Positions 10,901-22,900 of a DNA stretch of 64,000 nt are shown here, piece by piece. The first letter of the stretch is position 1, and each line of letters opens with the position of its first letter. This DNA is from Podarcis gaigeae (taxonomy: Eukaryota). The stretch lies in NCBI GenBank assembly GCA_964106915.2, contig OZ066914.1; one strand, written 5' to 3'. Under the pieces are notes generated by a model. It searched no databases. It was given only the letters and a program-made list of their open reading frames with translations, and was not told the DNA's origin. Both the position numbers and the translations under genes were made by a program.

Positions 10901-13900
10901 TTATGCCAAGAGGTGAGACTGGGTGCTATATTTGATTAGGAAGCATGGATCTTTATAACACATCTAATGTTATGGTAAACCATTCGGATCTTTTTTCTTC
11001 TTTTGAATACCGAGCTAATGTGTTGTTGATTGCGCTTGACTCTCTCCATCTCAGGAGTGACAGGTGTCGGGGTACCTTTCCCCAGTTCCTCTTTGTACAA
11101 AACCTACGGGATACAAAAGAGTATCCAGAAATCATAAGGTGCCAGTGACGACATATCAAGATTAATAGTCTGTCAATGTTAACACTGGGGTCACACCAGC
11201 TTCCAGTAAAGCTAGCCATTGATTTTAGTGTCATCTGAAAGAGAGGACCTATGTAAGAAAACAATCTATTAGGATGAGGAATTTGGAAAGGTAGGAAATA
11301 AAGACGGAAATCCTATGTTTGCTGAAAAATAAAAAGCAGTAAGTCCTAGTAGTAGTGAGTTAAAACTTGGGTCACAGAGGGAGTTTGAAGGGGAGAATTC
11401 TTATGCTAAGAGGTAAATAGGAACTTTTTTTGTTTGTTAGAAAGCATAGATCATTAACACATTGGATGTTATTTTTTAGAATCCAGGTCTTTGTGGGGTA
11501 TTTTGCTTGTCTTCTTTTGAATACCGAGCTAATGTGTTCTTGATTGCGTTTGACTCTCTCCATCTCAGGAGTGACAGGGGTCGGAGTTGCTTTCCCTACG
11601 TTTTCTTTGTACAACACCTGTGAGACAGAAGAGCAGCCAAGTAAACCAGCAATAAATGAATTGCCATGTTTTTGTTATTGAAGCATGAGGGGTAGAGTTC
11701 TGATTTGGTTGTGATTTATTCTGCAGGGTGTTTTGGGTTACAGTTTTAAAACAATGCATATAAGCACTTATTTTTGACTGGGGAAAACAAGGACAAAGTA
11801 TTGTCTTAATACATGATCATGCTTTTGAATTATAGGCATTTTTTGCATCCATGTATAATATCCATAGAATGCCAAACAACTGATGTGGGAAAGACAACAG
11901 ATTGTTATCTTTTGGGAGGAATGTGAGTATAAGACATTGAAAGGAAGAGAAGGGTTAAAAAGTCTCAGGATGTGACATTCTCCTGCAGTGGAAAATAAAA
12001 GGCGAGGAGGTTTCACAATAGGGGTATATAACTCCATCTGCAGGAAGAAGCGGGGATGGAGAGCAGGGGTGAGTTAATCATATTACAAAACAGAATTAAA
12101 AATAACTGTTTTCCCAGAAGTACCGAGCTAATGATTTCTTGGTTGTGTTTGACTCTCTCAATCTCTGGAGTGACAGGAGTTGAGATTCCTGCCCCTAGGC
12201 TTTCTTTGTATAACACCTGCATGATGACAAAGCGGAATGCAGAAATAAGAAAAATCAGGAAGGAAAACAACAGTTAATTTTGATCTGCAAAAAAAGGGGA
12301 GAAATATGGTCTTAGATCTCCTGGGTATGAGCCTGTAGGTGATGTCCCATTTCCACTACATATTTCCTGTGGTTTCATGCTTCCCCCCATCCTGTTACAT
12401 ATCAAACATAGGTGCATTCATGTAATTCCCAACGTGTATGAATCTAGCAAATGTATGTACTTTTAAGTCCCATTGATTTTAGTAGTAGGGATTCAATGGG
12501 TTTAATGCTACTATTGATGGCGGTGGGACATAGAAATGCTTAATTGGTGGATTGTACCCAAGGAACTCATTGGGATACCAAGGCGGAAAGTTTTGGTTGT
12601 TGGGCTGAGGATGAATGGTTAAGCTTTGATTTATACTGGGAGTTTTGTAACGTTACTTCTTGCAGATCTCCACTTTCTATATTGTGTGTGCCACATCACA
12701 GTGGGGCAGGCTAGGGATTCATAATAGGATGTGTCTGGCCATTTCTTACAGCTAGCCATATTGGTGAGATCAGCCAGCGGTTGTGGATAAGGTTTCTCTT
12801 TACCTTGGCAAAACTAATGCAAGGGAAGGCAGGGGAGAAGCAAAGAAACCACTGAGAAAGATATCACAATGTATGGATTTTCCAGGCAGAAATATAGTGT
12901 AACAGCAAGCTTAGAAGACTGATTCAACGGTGAATATTTGAGTATAAATATTATTTCATAAGATGCAAATGCTTCCATTGCCTTACTTTCTAGTGCATTT
13001 TTGGCTGAAAACGTGTCGCACTACTTGTTCAACCCAGCTGGAGAAAGACCATATACTTTTTACAATGTCACACAGAAACAAACAGTGACTTAGAAAAAAA
13101 TCAAAATCAAGAAGGTGAAAACAGAGAAAGAGATAGGGCTGGGACCGTGAGAAGAGCAGTTAATAATATCCAAAATTATTGATTCCTTTTTTTAAAAGTG
13201 CGCCAAAAAAGAAGGCAATGGGAAAATGACAATCAGTAGTAGTTGCCAACATGGTGCCCTACACTGAAGTTCAAGTCCCATTAGCCCTAGCCAGCACAGC
13301 CTGGAGTCAGGAATGATGGGAATTGAAGACCAAACAGTGGCTGGAGGGCACACTGGAGATGATAAATGGATTTTTTTCCCCTGGAAGTCAATTGCATGTA
13401 TGGAAATAGAACAAACCTGGAACAAATATTTAAAAGTTAATTTTTAAAGGGTTGGAATGGAACTTTCATATTTGAACTACCAAGCTGCAGTTTTCTTTAA
13501 TGCATGCAACTCTCTTGTTTCCGAAGTGAGGTGAGTTGCTTTTCCTGTTCTCAATTCTTCTAGCACTGGGCAGACGGATCCTGCTGGGAGGTTAAGGTGC
13601 AGGTGTATTGCACCCATTCATTGCGCTCCCCATGTCTGAGGTCCATCCCTATGCCCTTGGGATGCTTGAAAAATTAGATATTGGTGAATTCTGATACAGT
13701 ATAACATGAGTCACACCTCCCAGACTAACATGCAGATTAAGAAATCTTTCATATTTCACACTTTTTCTAATTCTGCTAAACGGTTCTCAACATATTTTTA
13801 AAAAAATATGTATTTTGGGACTGAATATCTTTAGAAATGTGTACGTTGTGAAAAAAAACACATTTTTGTTAATTATAATTTTCTTGCAGGATTAAAAAAT

Positions 13901-16900
13901 ATTAATGTGGAATTGGGAGAGGATCAATATTATTTAAATCTGGTTGGAATGCATAGAGCAAAAATTGGCCTTGTTCAATATGGTTTCTTTTCTTGCTTAC
14001 AATGCCAGTGAGCAAATTCAGCACCATTCATGGACTCAAAAAGAAATACTATCATTGAAATCATATCAAGATAGCTATGTTATGGAGGCGTTAAGGTTCA
14101 AGATGGTTAATTATATTTGGGGATGAAGTTAAAGCTCATTTTAGCGACAAAAATACCGAGCTAAAGTTTTCTTGATTGCGTTTGATTCTTTCCATCTCTG
14201 GAGTAATAGGTGTTGGAGTTCCAGCCCCTAAATTCTCTTTGTACAACACCTGTGTGACAAAGAAGTGTCAAAAACAAAAAAATTACCTCAAGATACACCA
14301 TCAGCAAAGATAGCACAATCTAATTTTCTGTTTGGCCTTATGGTGTTTAAAACACAGGCCAGGGGAAAAAATCAAAAAATAAAAATCACATAGAGAAAGA
14401 AATGCTATATATTTTGACTTCCTATCATGCAGGAAGTTGCAATCTGTGACCAAGTTTATTCAAATGCAGTAATATTTTCCCACCTAGAATGACAAAAACT
14501 CAGGCTATAAAAAGGGGAGGAAATTGTCAGAGGGTACTAAAATCAAGTTTAATTGTGCAAAACATGAAAGGTTAATCTTATTTGGGAATGATGTTATAGG
14601 GCATTTTTGTAACAAAAATACCAAGCTAAAGTTTTCTTGATTGCGTTTGACTCTCTCCATCTCTGGAGTAATAGGTGTTGGGGTTCCAGTCCCTAAATGC
14701 TCTTTGTACAACACCTGTGGGACAAAGAAGTGTCAAAAACAAAAATGAAAATTAAGGGGCACATCTTAAGATACACCATCAGCAAAGAGAATGCAATCCA
14801 GTTTTCTGGTTTGCTTTATGAAGTTTAAAAAACAGATCACAAAAAAACAAAAAATGCACACAGAGAAAAATATGCATATTATAACTTAAAACACCTATCA
14901 TGGATTAAATTACAATTTGTGACTGAGTTTAGACAGCTGCATCATTATTTTCACACCCTAAAACTACCCGTTTTGTTCTGAAAGACTACAATACCATAAA
15001 TAACATTTTATTCTATTTTTAAGAGAGGGGTTACAGTTTTATTCTAAGTTTGCACTGCACCAACACAAATGCCAAAGGCTATTAGAAAATGTTTCCTGTT
15101 ATAAGGATATATTGAATCCACTCTGAATATCATTTGTTTTGAAACAAACAATATTGCCACTTGAGGGGAAGTGAATAGGGTAAGAAAAATAAACAGAGCT
15201 AAAGAAAACCCACTGCAGACATATGTCACAGTTAGTGCTGTAATTTTTTCCTTCAGAGACTGACATTTTAGTGATTTTATTAAAATGAGAAGGATTCAAA
15301 AGCTTGTGGAAGGATTAAAACATATTTATCAGAGTGTGGCGATGGTTAAAAGGATTTATTTATAGATATTTTGTGATATACCGAGCTAACGTTCTCCTGA
15401 TTACGCTTGACTCTCTCCATTTCTGGGGTAACAGGAGTTGCCGTTCCTGTCCCCAAGTTTTCTTTGTAGGACACCTGTGAGGTACAATAAAGTATCCACA
15501 AAAGACACTCAAAAATACTGGCTAGTACTTTGTAGTTAACGGTGCATGTTTAAATCCCATGCTTAGTTGAGTATCGAAAAGGAAAGATGAGAATAAGGGG
15601 AGAGTAGTCATTAAAATGTGAATAGAAAAGAAAAAGTCAGAAGAAGTATGTTAAGAGAAGTGAATGTGTGCAAAGGGAGCACATGGTTAATCTTATTGAA
15701 GATCATAGGTATTATTGTCATTGTTTTATTTATTTCGTTTTAAAAACTGCATAAAACTGTAAATTGATGTTAATGCACATCAGAATGAATGAGTCATGAA
15801 AATGGCATGTAGAAGATGATAGTTAGAATGTTATTATTATTTTTTAATGAAAAAGATGAGTTATGGTAGGTTTGATTTCATTGAGAAATACCGAGCTAAT
15901 GTGTTCTTGATTGCGTTTGACTCTCTCTATCTCTGGAGTAAGTGGTATCGGGGTTCCTTGCCCTGCATTCTCCTTGTATAAAACCTGCAGAATACAAACA
16001 GCCACAAAGGTAAGAAAAAGGTAGCTGAAAACCTTTTTGCAATGCAGAATGTTAAGTAACACACTGACTTTGCATATAGTTATTTGGGCATTGCCCATTG
16101 GGAGTATAAAATTGCCCAGTTACAGGTGTCCCCACAAAATGCCATCCCTGTTCATATGTTTCCACTTCTAGATGCCTCTGGGGAAAAAGTGCCAAACTCC
16201 TGGAATTACAGATATCTCTTTTTTTGTGTAGTTCTTTTTAAAAGTTTGGGGCTATTGCTGCTAGAGAGAAGTAAGCATTTCGAAACCTTGATAAAACTTG
16301 TTATATTGGTATTGAATAGCCAATGAGAAATCAATTTTTGTTCTTACACCATTACCCTTGTCAAGAGTTTTGCTTTGAGGCCAAATCTAAGAACAAAATC
16401 TGAGGACTGAGAGATTTAAGCCCTGTTTTGGTTTTATCCAAGAAAGAAAAAAGAAAAGAGATAGACAGAGAGAGAAAGAACAAAACTGAAGTCCTTGACA
16501 GGTTTTTTAAAAAATGTTCTGCATTTCACTCCTTTTAAAAAGTGCCCTCTGCCCCAAATGGAAAAACAAAACAAAATGGTTAAGTCAAAAAGGCATTCAG
16601 TCAGTTCAAAATGTCAAAAGCAAGAGAGGTAAATTTGTGGTTAGAAAAGGGTAACTAGTTTGCCTTCCTGTAACTTGATTATGCAGAAATGAATTTTGAA
16701 AACAATTAGTATGGTGAAGAGCTCAGTGTAAAAGGGAAGGCATAGCGGGAAAGAGAGGAGAAAGAACCAGTTGGAACCAGTTCCTTGATAAATGTCACTA
16801 CATCTTCTCCTACTGAAACACTCAAGATACCCATCACTTAAGTGGCCAAATGATGCTAGACAGAATGCCCATGTTCTAATAAATGAAATCCTACCCATTC

Positions 16901-19900
16901 AGAGGATGGCCCATTAAGATTTGAATAAAGCAAGAGGCCCACTTAAGTGAGCAAGAATAAATTGTTTGGATTTTCAAAACCAAGACTCAAGAAGCAACAG
17001 GTGCTCAGACTTCAAGAAGCAGATATCCCATCTGACACATAATTAAGCCCATTCACAACAATGGTCTTAAGTACACTTTGTGTTGGCTTGTGGCTAGTGT
17101 GCCTCTGAACATGTACAGAATGCCTTTCACCACAGCCAGGTTCACTGAGCACTCCTCCAACCAGTAGGTAGGTGGGTATAGCAGGGGCCATGATTTTGTA
17201 AGTTACTACTACTACTACTACTACTACTACTATTTTATCCTCTTGGTCCATTTCTGTCTGCTCAGCATTAAATGGGTCTATATTCTCCTCTCAAGGTGCA
17301 CAGAAAGTAGATCTTAAAGCTAATGGATGTTAAAGCCCAAGTAATACTAGAGGAATGCCATACTAAGGATGAAGTTGATGATAGCATGTTAGCAGGGGCA
17401 ATAGATGTCTGTTTAGTAAGGTGAACAGCACACTGTTACTGCCCAGTGCACACACAAATCAGCATAGAAAATATCAGCCACTACCGAGCTGATGTGCTTC
17501 TGTGTCTCCTTGACACGTTTTACTTCGGGAAGATCGGAAATGGGAGTTCCTTTTCCAATTTGATCCTTGTACTTAATCTACAAAGTGGTATTCAGTTCAG
17601 AAAACAAGACAAAACAATAATGACTTACATTATGTACATGAAACACATCCATTTCACATAAAAAGAACAAGAGTAAACAAATATAATCACGATTGTAGGA
17701 GCTGAAAGCATTGCATGCACCCATGTCGAAACAGACATCTGCGGAAAACGAGTTTTTTGCAAAGATTTAAAATTCGATGTATAAAACCCAATCTCCAATT
17801 TGATAGTGGAGGAAGAGCCATGGATGGACACCTTGACTCAACAATCTTACCAATGTAGTAGAAACAGGAGGATTAAAGCTTTCCACCAGGTTCCTTGCTT
17901 TAAAAGCTATTTTAATCATCAGTAAACAAGTATGAGATTATTTTATTTTGCAACTCTAGTGCAACCTGGCCGAAAAAAATAGATTTTTGATCATGGCATC
18001 CATCACAGAGCTTCTCCTTTTTAAGCCCCTGGCCCTGTTTTACGACTACCTTGTGTTGACAATGCCAGGCAAATCTTCAGAGAGTAGCCTGGAGTGGCCA
18101 TGCATCTCCTCAGCTGCATCCCAATGGGACACTGTTATTGGAATGCTGTTATGAGACCTTCCCACGGCCACTGTCAATATTGGGCCCCTTGCAATTGTGC
18201 TGGCTGCTGATATCAATCAAATTTTCAGTCCAGCTCAGGAGAGTGTGCCTAAATTGTTTCAACAAGGTTACAAAGAAGTAACCTTCTTTGGATTCATTCC
18301 CACTAGATCCCGGAACTGGCCATAGGTTTTGTATGCCGTGGGGTTTTCCCCACACACAGGAAATAGGTAATGTGCACTGAAACACACGGCACTGGCCAAA
18401 GCAGAAGCAGATGAATGAGCCTCTGCAAACTGGAATCTCTGCCTATTCAGAGGAGACACTGGGCTAGGATGCTGTGTGTGTGTGTGCACGCGTGTGTATT
18501 AGTCTCCAATATGTATTATAGACCTATTGAAACCAAACAGCTCATCCTGATTCAGTCAAGTCCCATTGAAACCAATGGCATAAACCAACCTATATTACTT
18601 TTTAAATCCAATTGCTTTTCAGTGGGATTTCGTCATGAATGGAGCAGGATTCTGTTCTGGATCTGTTCTGTTTATCAGATAATCTGAAATGAATAAACTA
18701 GATTTTCCTCAAAAAATTGAAACGAGGAATATCAGTGCTTCCTATCCGCCTCCTGTTCTATCCAGCATGGGTGACAATACATGTACAACATTCAATAAAA
18801 ACATTTATTACCTCTTTTTTTAACAAAATGTCAAAAAAGGAAAGTAAGACATAGTGTGGAACACAATCAAATGAAAAATAATTTTGGCAATCCTACCATA
18901 CGTACTGGGGGTTGGGGGGAGATGAAGTAGAGAGAGAAAACAAAAAATATCAGAAATAATTCTCTAAAATTATTGTTAGTTTTAAAACGTGGTCACTATA
19001 TTTGCTACCATGATTATCTCATCAACATTTCGGACAAGATCAAAATGTGAATTTAGTTTCAGTATTTTATGAAATGATAAACATTAGTTGAACATTAGAA
19101 AATGTTAATAGTTAGAGTTTTTGAAATGTGGAGACTATTTTACATAGGAAAGTAAAAGTAGAATGGAAGAGCTAGTTAGCAAATTATGTTTTGATTAATT
19201 ATGAAAAGCCTTGACTTTTCAAGTTATTCCAGAACTGCTGTTAGGATCATGTAAGGCAAATGAAGTTTTATAAGTTGGGAACAGCACAGGTAAGAGTGTT
19301 AACAATCCACTGGGTTTTGTACCGTGCTTATTGCATCCTGGGTTTGTTTAATTCTCTGCATCTCGGGCGTCTTTTCAATAGCTGTTCCTGTTCCAATATC
19401 TTCTTTATATAAAATCTTAACCAAGACAACAAGATTGAGCATAGAAAAACAACAACATTGTCATTTGCAACAGAAAGACTACAAAACAGTGGAATATTAA
19501 GAAACCTCTAACTGGTTCCTTGATCATCAGTGCATTCACTCACACAGAAGTCATTCCCATTGATTTCAGAAGCTTTTGCTTCCAAGCAAGATTATCCTTA
19601 AGTAAAATGTGTACTTCTCCATATTTTGTGACGTAGTTCTCCAACAAAAAAAAATAGTGTGCAAAATGTGTACAGTATATTGGGGGAAAGTATGCATAAA
19701 ACGCACAACTGAGTGAAAATATTTTTAAATGCACCAGATATTTGCTAAAATGTATATATTAGGCAAAATTGCACAGCAAAATGCATACAATGGGAGAAAG
19801 CACATTGAAATGCTGGTGAGATTTTTGAGGGTGTTCTTTTTTATTTTTTAAAGCAAACGAATGCAAATATGTAGTAAACTGAACTTAAGATAAGAAAAAT

Positions 19901-22900
19901 GTTAACTCAAAATTAGACAGATTCATCCATCCCTGTTTTCAGCATCTTGGGGACTTGTGGAGGAGGGAATTTCTGCTTCAACTATCCTGGTTCATGCATG
20001 CCTGTTACATTGTCTAAGTAAAATGAGAATGGCACTGATTTTAACGTAGACATGGCTTTCCACTGTTTTGATCAGACATCCATGGAATAATCATGACCAA
20101 TAAACACATCACATAATGACAATATTTAGCATCCTTTGAAGATCTTCATGGTTAAACTTGCTAATTAAGAACAAAGCAGGGCATACACGAATTAGCTGCT
20201 AAAAGACGACACAGCAAGCCTATAAACAGCTACAAACCCATAGCCACATTGCAAAACAAGGGCAGATATTTTGTACTTCTACTGTCAGATATGGGGTACA
20301 CAACCCACTGTGCAATGATGGAAGCCGTTGAAGGAGAGAGTGTGTAAAGGAATAGCAACACCTGCACATATAATAAGGTACACATAATTAGTGTAAAATT
20401 GCATGGCCCTGACCGCCGACATAAAAGCCTGGATATACAAGAAGCACCATTCATCTCAAGGAAGATTCCTGTATGCTGAAGGATCTGCAAAAGTAGGACA
20501 ACAAAATTAAGGATTCGCTTTGTGGTGTAAAATAAGGTTACCGTGCTGAAGTTCTTCTGGTTTTCTTTAACTCTTAATATCTCTGGTGTTTCATGTACAA
20601 CTGTGACTTTTCCTTTGCTGTCCTGTAGATCATGCTGGTACCTGAGCTGTTAGGAGAACACATATTTTTGTTTATTGCCCTTGCAATAAAGAATTCAGTC
20701 TTGCGCCTTTATTTCGTTGGTATTCTATATAGCTTTCTTATAAATAAATTTAAAAATCATTTAGGAATACTGAAATTTGAAGTCGCACCTGACATCTGGG
20801 TCATCTAAATTCAGCTGCTGTTTGAACACATGAGATTTCCAGTGGGCACCCAGATAATAGGACAGAATCTTCAATCATCATGAGGCATTCTCTCAGCATT
20901 TACAGAGAATGGAGAACCCCATGCATCGTAGGGTAGGGACTCTGGGTGCACAGAAGATTTTGCTATTGGGGCCCACATTTACCCATTCATGTTTCCATCA
21001 GCTGGTGCTGTTTTCAAACACATACGACCTCAGGTAAACTGCACTACGATCTGCACATATGCTGTATCCTCACCATCCACCCACACTTTTGTAACCTTGT
21101 ATTCCACCTGCATCCCAGCCACCCAATTTTCAGTTTTTCACTGTAAGGTATGATGCACAGAGACAAAGGCAGTGTTGAAACGGTCATGAGGAACAGTGTA
21201 CTACACCCTTCTTGAAAGGGGAGACTTTGACTGAAACCATGCCTCTCCTCTAAGCCACACACACAAACATGCACATACAAAACGGGTAAGCTCATACAAG
21301 ACCCCATGGCCCTTCAGGTGTTGCTAGACTCCAGCTCCCATCAGCCCCAGCCAACATGACCAGTGGTCAGGGATGGTGGGAGCTAGAGTCCAAAGACATC
21401 TACAGGGCCACAGACTCCCCATCTATAATGACACGTTGCCTGACACCACCTCTGATGTTGTTGAGCGAGGAAGAATAAAAGACAAATAAAACCTTCCCAT
21501 GCATCATGAGAGCTGGTTAAGCCAGCACAGCGCAATGCAAGAAAACAGCTTTAGTGCCATTGCTTCCAAACAGGAATCTCATCTGTGCTTGCACAGTCAC
21601 CATGGAGATTTCTATCCATCTATCTGTAAATGTGTGTACACATGCTTTTACATCTTCAAACCTTACACAATTACTTTTATCTTAACCCAGGCAAGCAAGA
21701 GGCATTCTTACAGCTCTGGGATGTGTTCCAGCCATGCAAAAGCTCTTGAGGAGTGTGTGAGGGATGTAGCCTGAGGAGGTGGAATATTTGTCCTCAAAAG
21801 CGGAATCTTCTGTCCTGTGCTCTGCATGGGTCTGAGCAAGGTGTAAAACCCAATTTATCAATGGATGAGCAGGGGTTAAACCCTGCCGTGTTGGCTGTGG
21901 GGCATGGCATGAGCTGCAAACACAGAGCTGAACCCTGCCCATCAACTGATTGTCAGGTGGGGGGGTTGGGTTGGGATGGTCTCAGGAGTCAAATTGGACT
22001 CTGCCAAGCTTGGCCTGTAGTCTGGAGTTTTCCCACCTCTGACCTACATTCTGCACAGGACTTCATAGCATCACATATTTTTAAATAATCACACTTTTCA
22101 CTGTGTTTACAGTACATTAATACCTACCATGCTGAAATTCTTTTGGTTCTCCCGGACTCTCTGCATTTCTGGTGTGTCTAGAACAGACACATAGTATGAC
22201 ATAGTTCTCTCTGCATCCTCCTTATATTTTTTCTGTTAGTTGGGGGGAGAGAGGATCAAGATTTATTGTTATGGTAAAAAAACAACAACCAAAAAGAAAT
22301 ATATACGCTCAATGTCCAAGAGGCAATTTGCACAAAAATATGTTTATGGTTATCTGGAGTTGAGATATGTGTGAAATGGTTCCTACGTGAAAGAAGCTCC
22401 TATCAATGGGGAGCAAGACCCTCCTTAAAAAAAAAATAAAATCTGGCAAAGCTAGTTGAAAACAAACACGCTCATTACCTGACTTGAAAAGTTCTTCACA
22501 TGGTGGGCATGGATGATGTCTGGAGTGTCAACCACCGTGGTATAGTTGGCTTTTTCCATTTCAGCAGACTGCTTATATTTGATCTGTTGGGGGAAAGGTC
22601 ACAAGCAGATATCCACAGTGAGTAAATTTATGAACACAGCTTCCTCTTGATTTCCCCATAGGAAATCTACAGAGAAGGTTCCCTTTAAAATTACTCCCAA
22701 GTGTTATTAGTGCCTGGCTGTTCTCACTGACCTGGCTAGCGATGTCCATAGCATTCTTTGCCCTCATATAATCAGGCGTTTCTGTGGTATGGCCTGTCAA
22801 GCCTCTTCCTTTGATTTCCATCTCTAGAGATTTCTTGTATTCTTTCTGTTGTGGTTTTTTTTTTTTTAAAAAAAAGGATTAATAGAGATGAGACCATCAC

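Noticed and set aside
8909-15984. Regularly recurring ~93-bp repeats with unique spacers (superficially CRISPR-like)
   Set aside because: They are GT-AG bounded nebulin Z-disc exons separated by introns in a vertebrate gene
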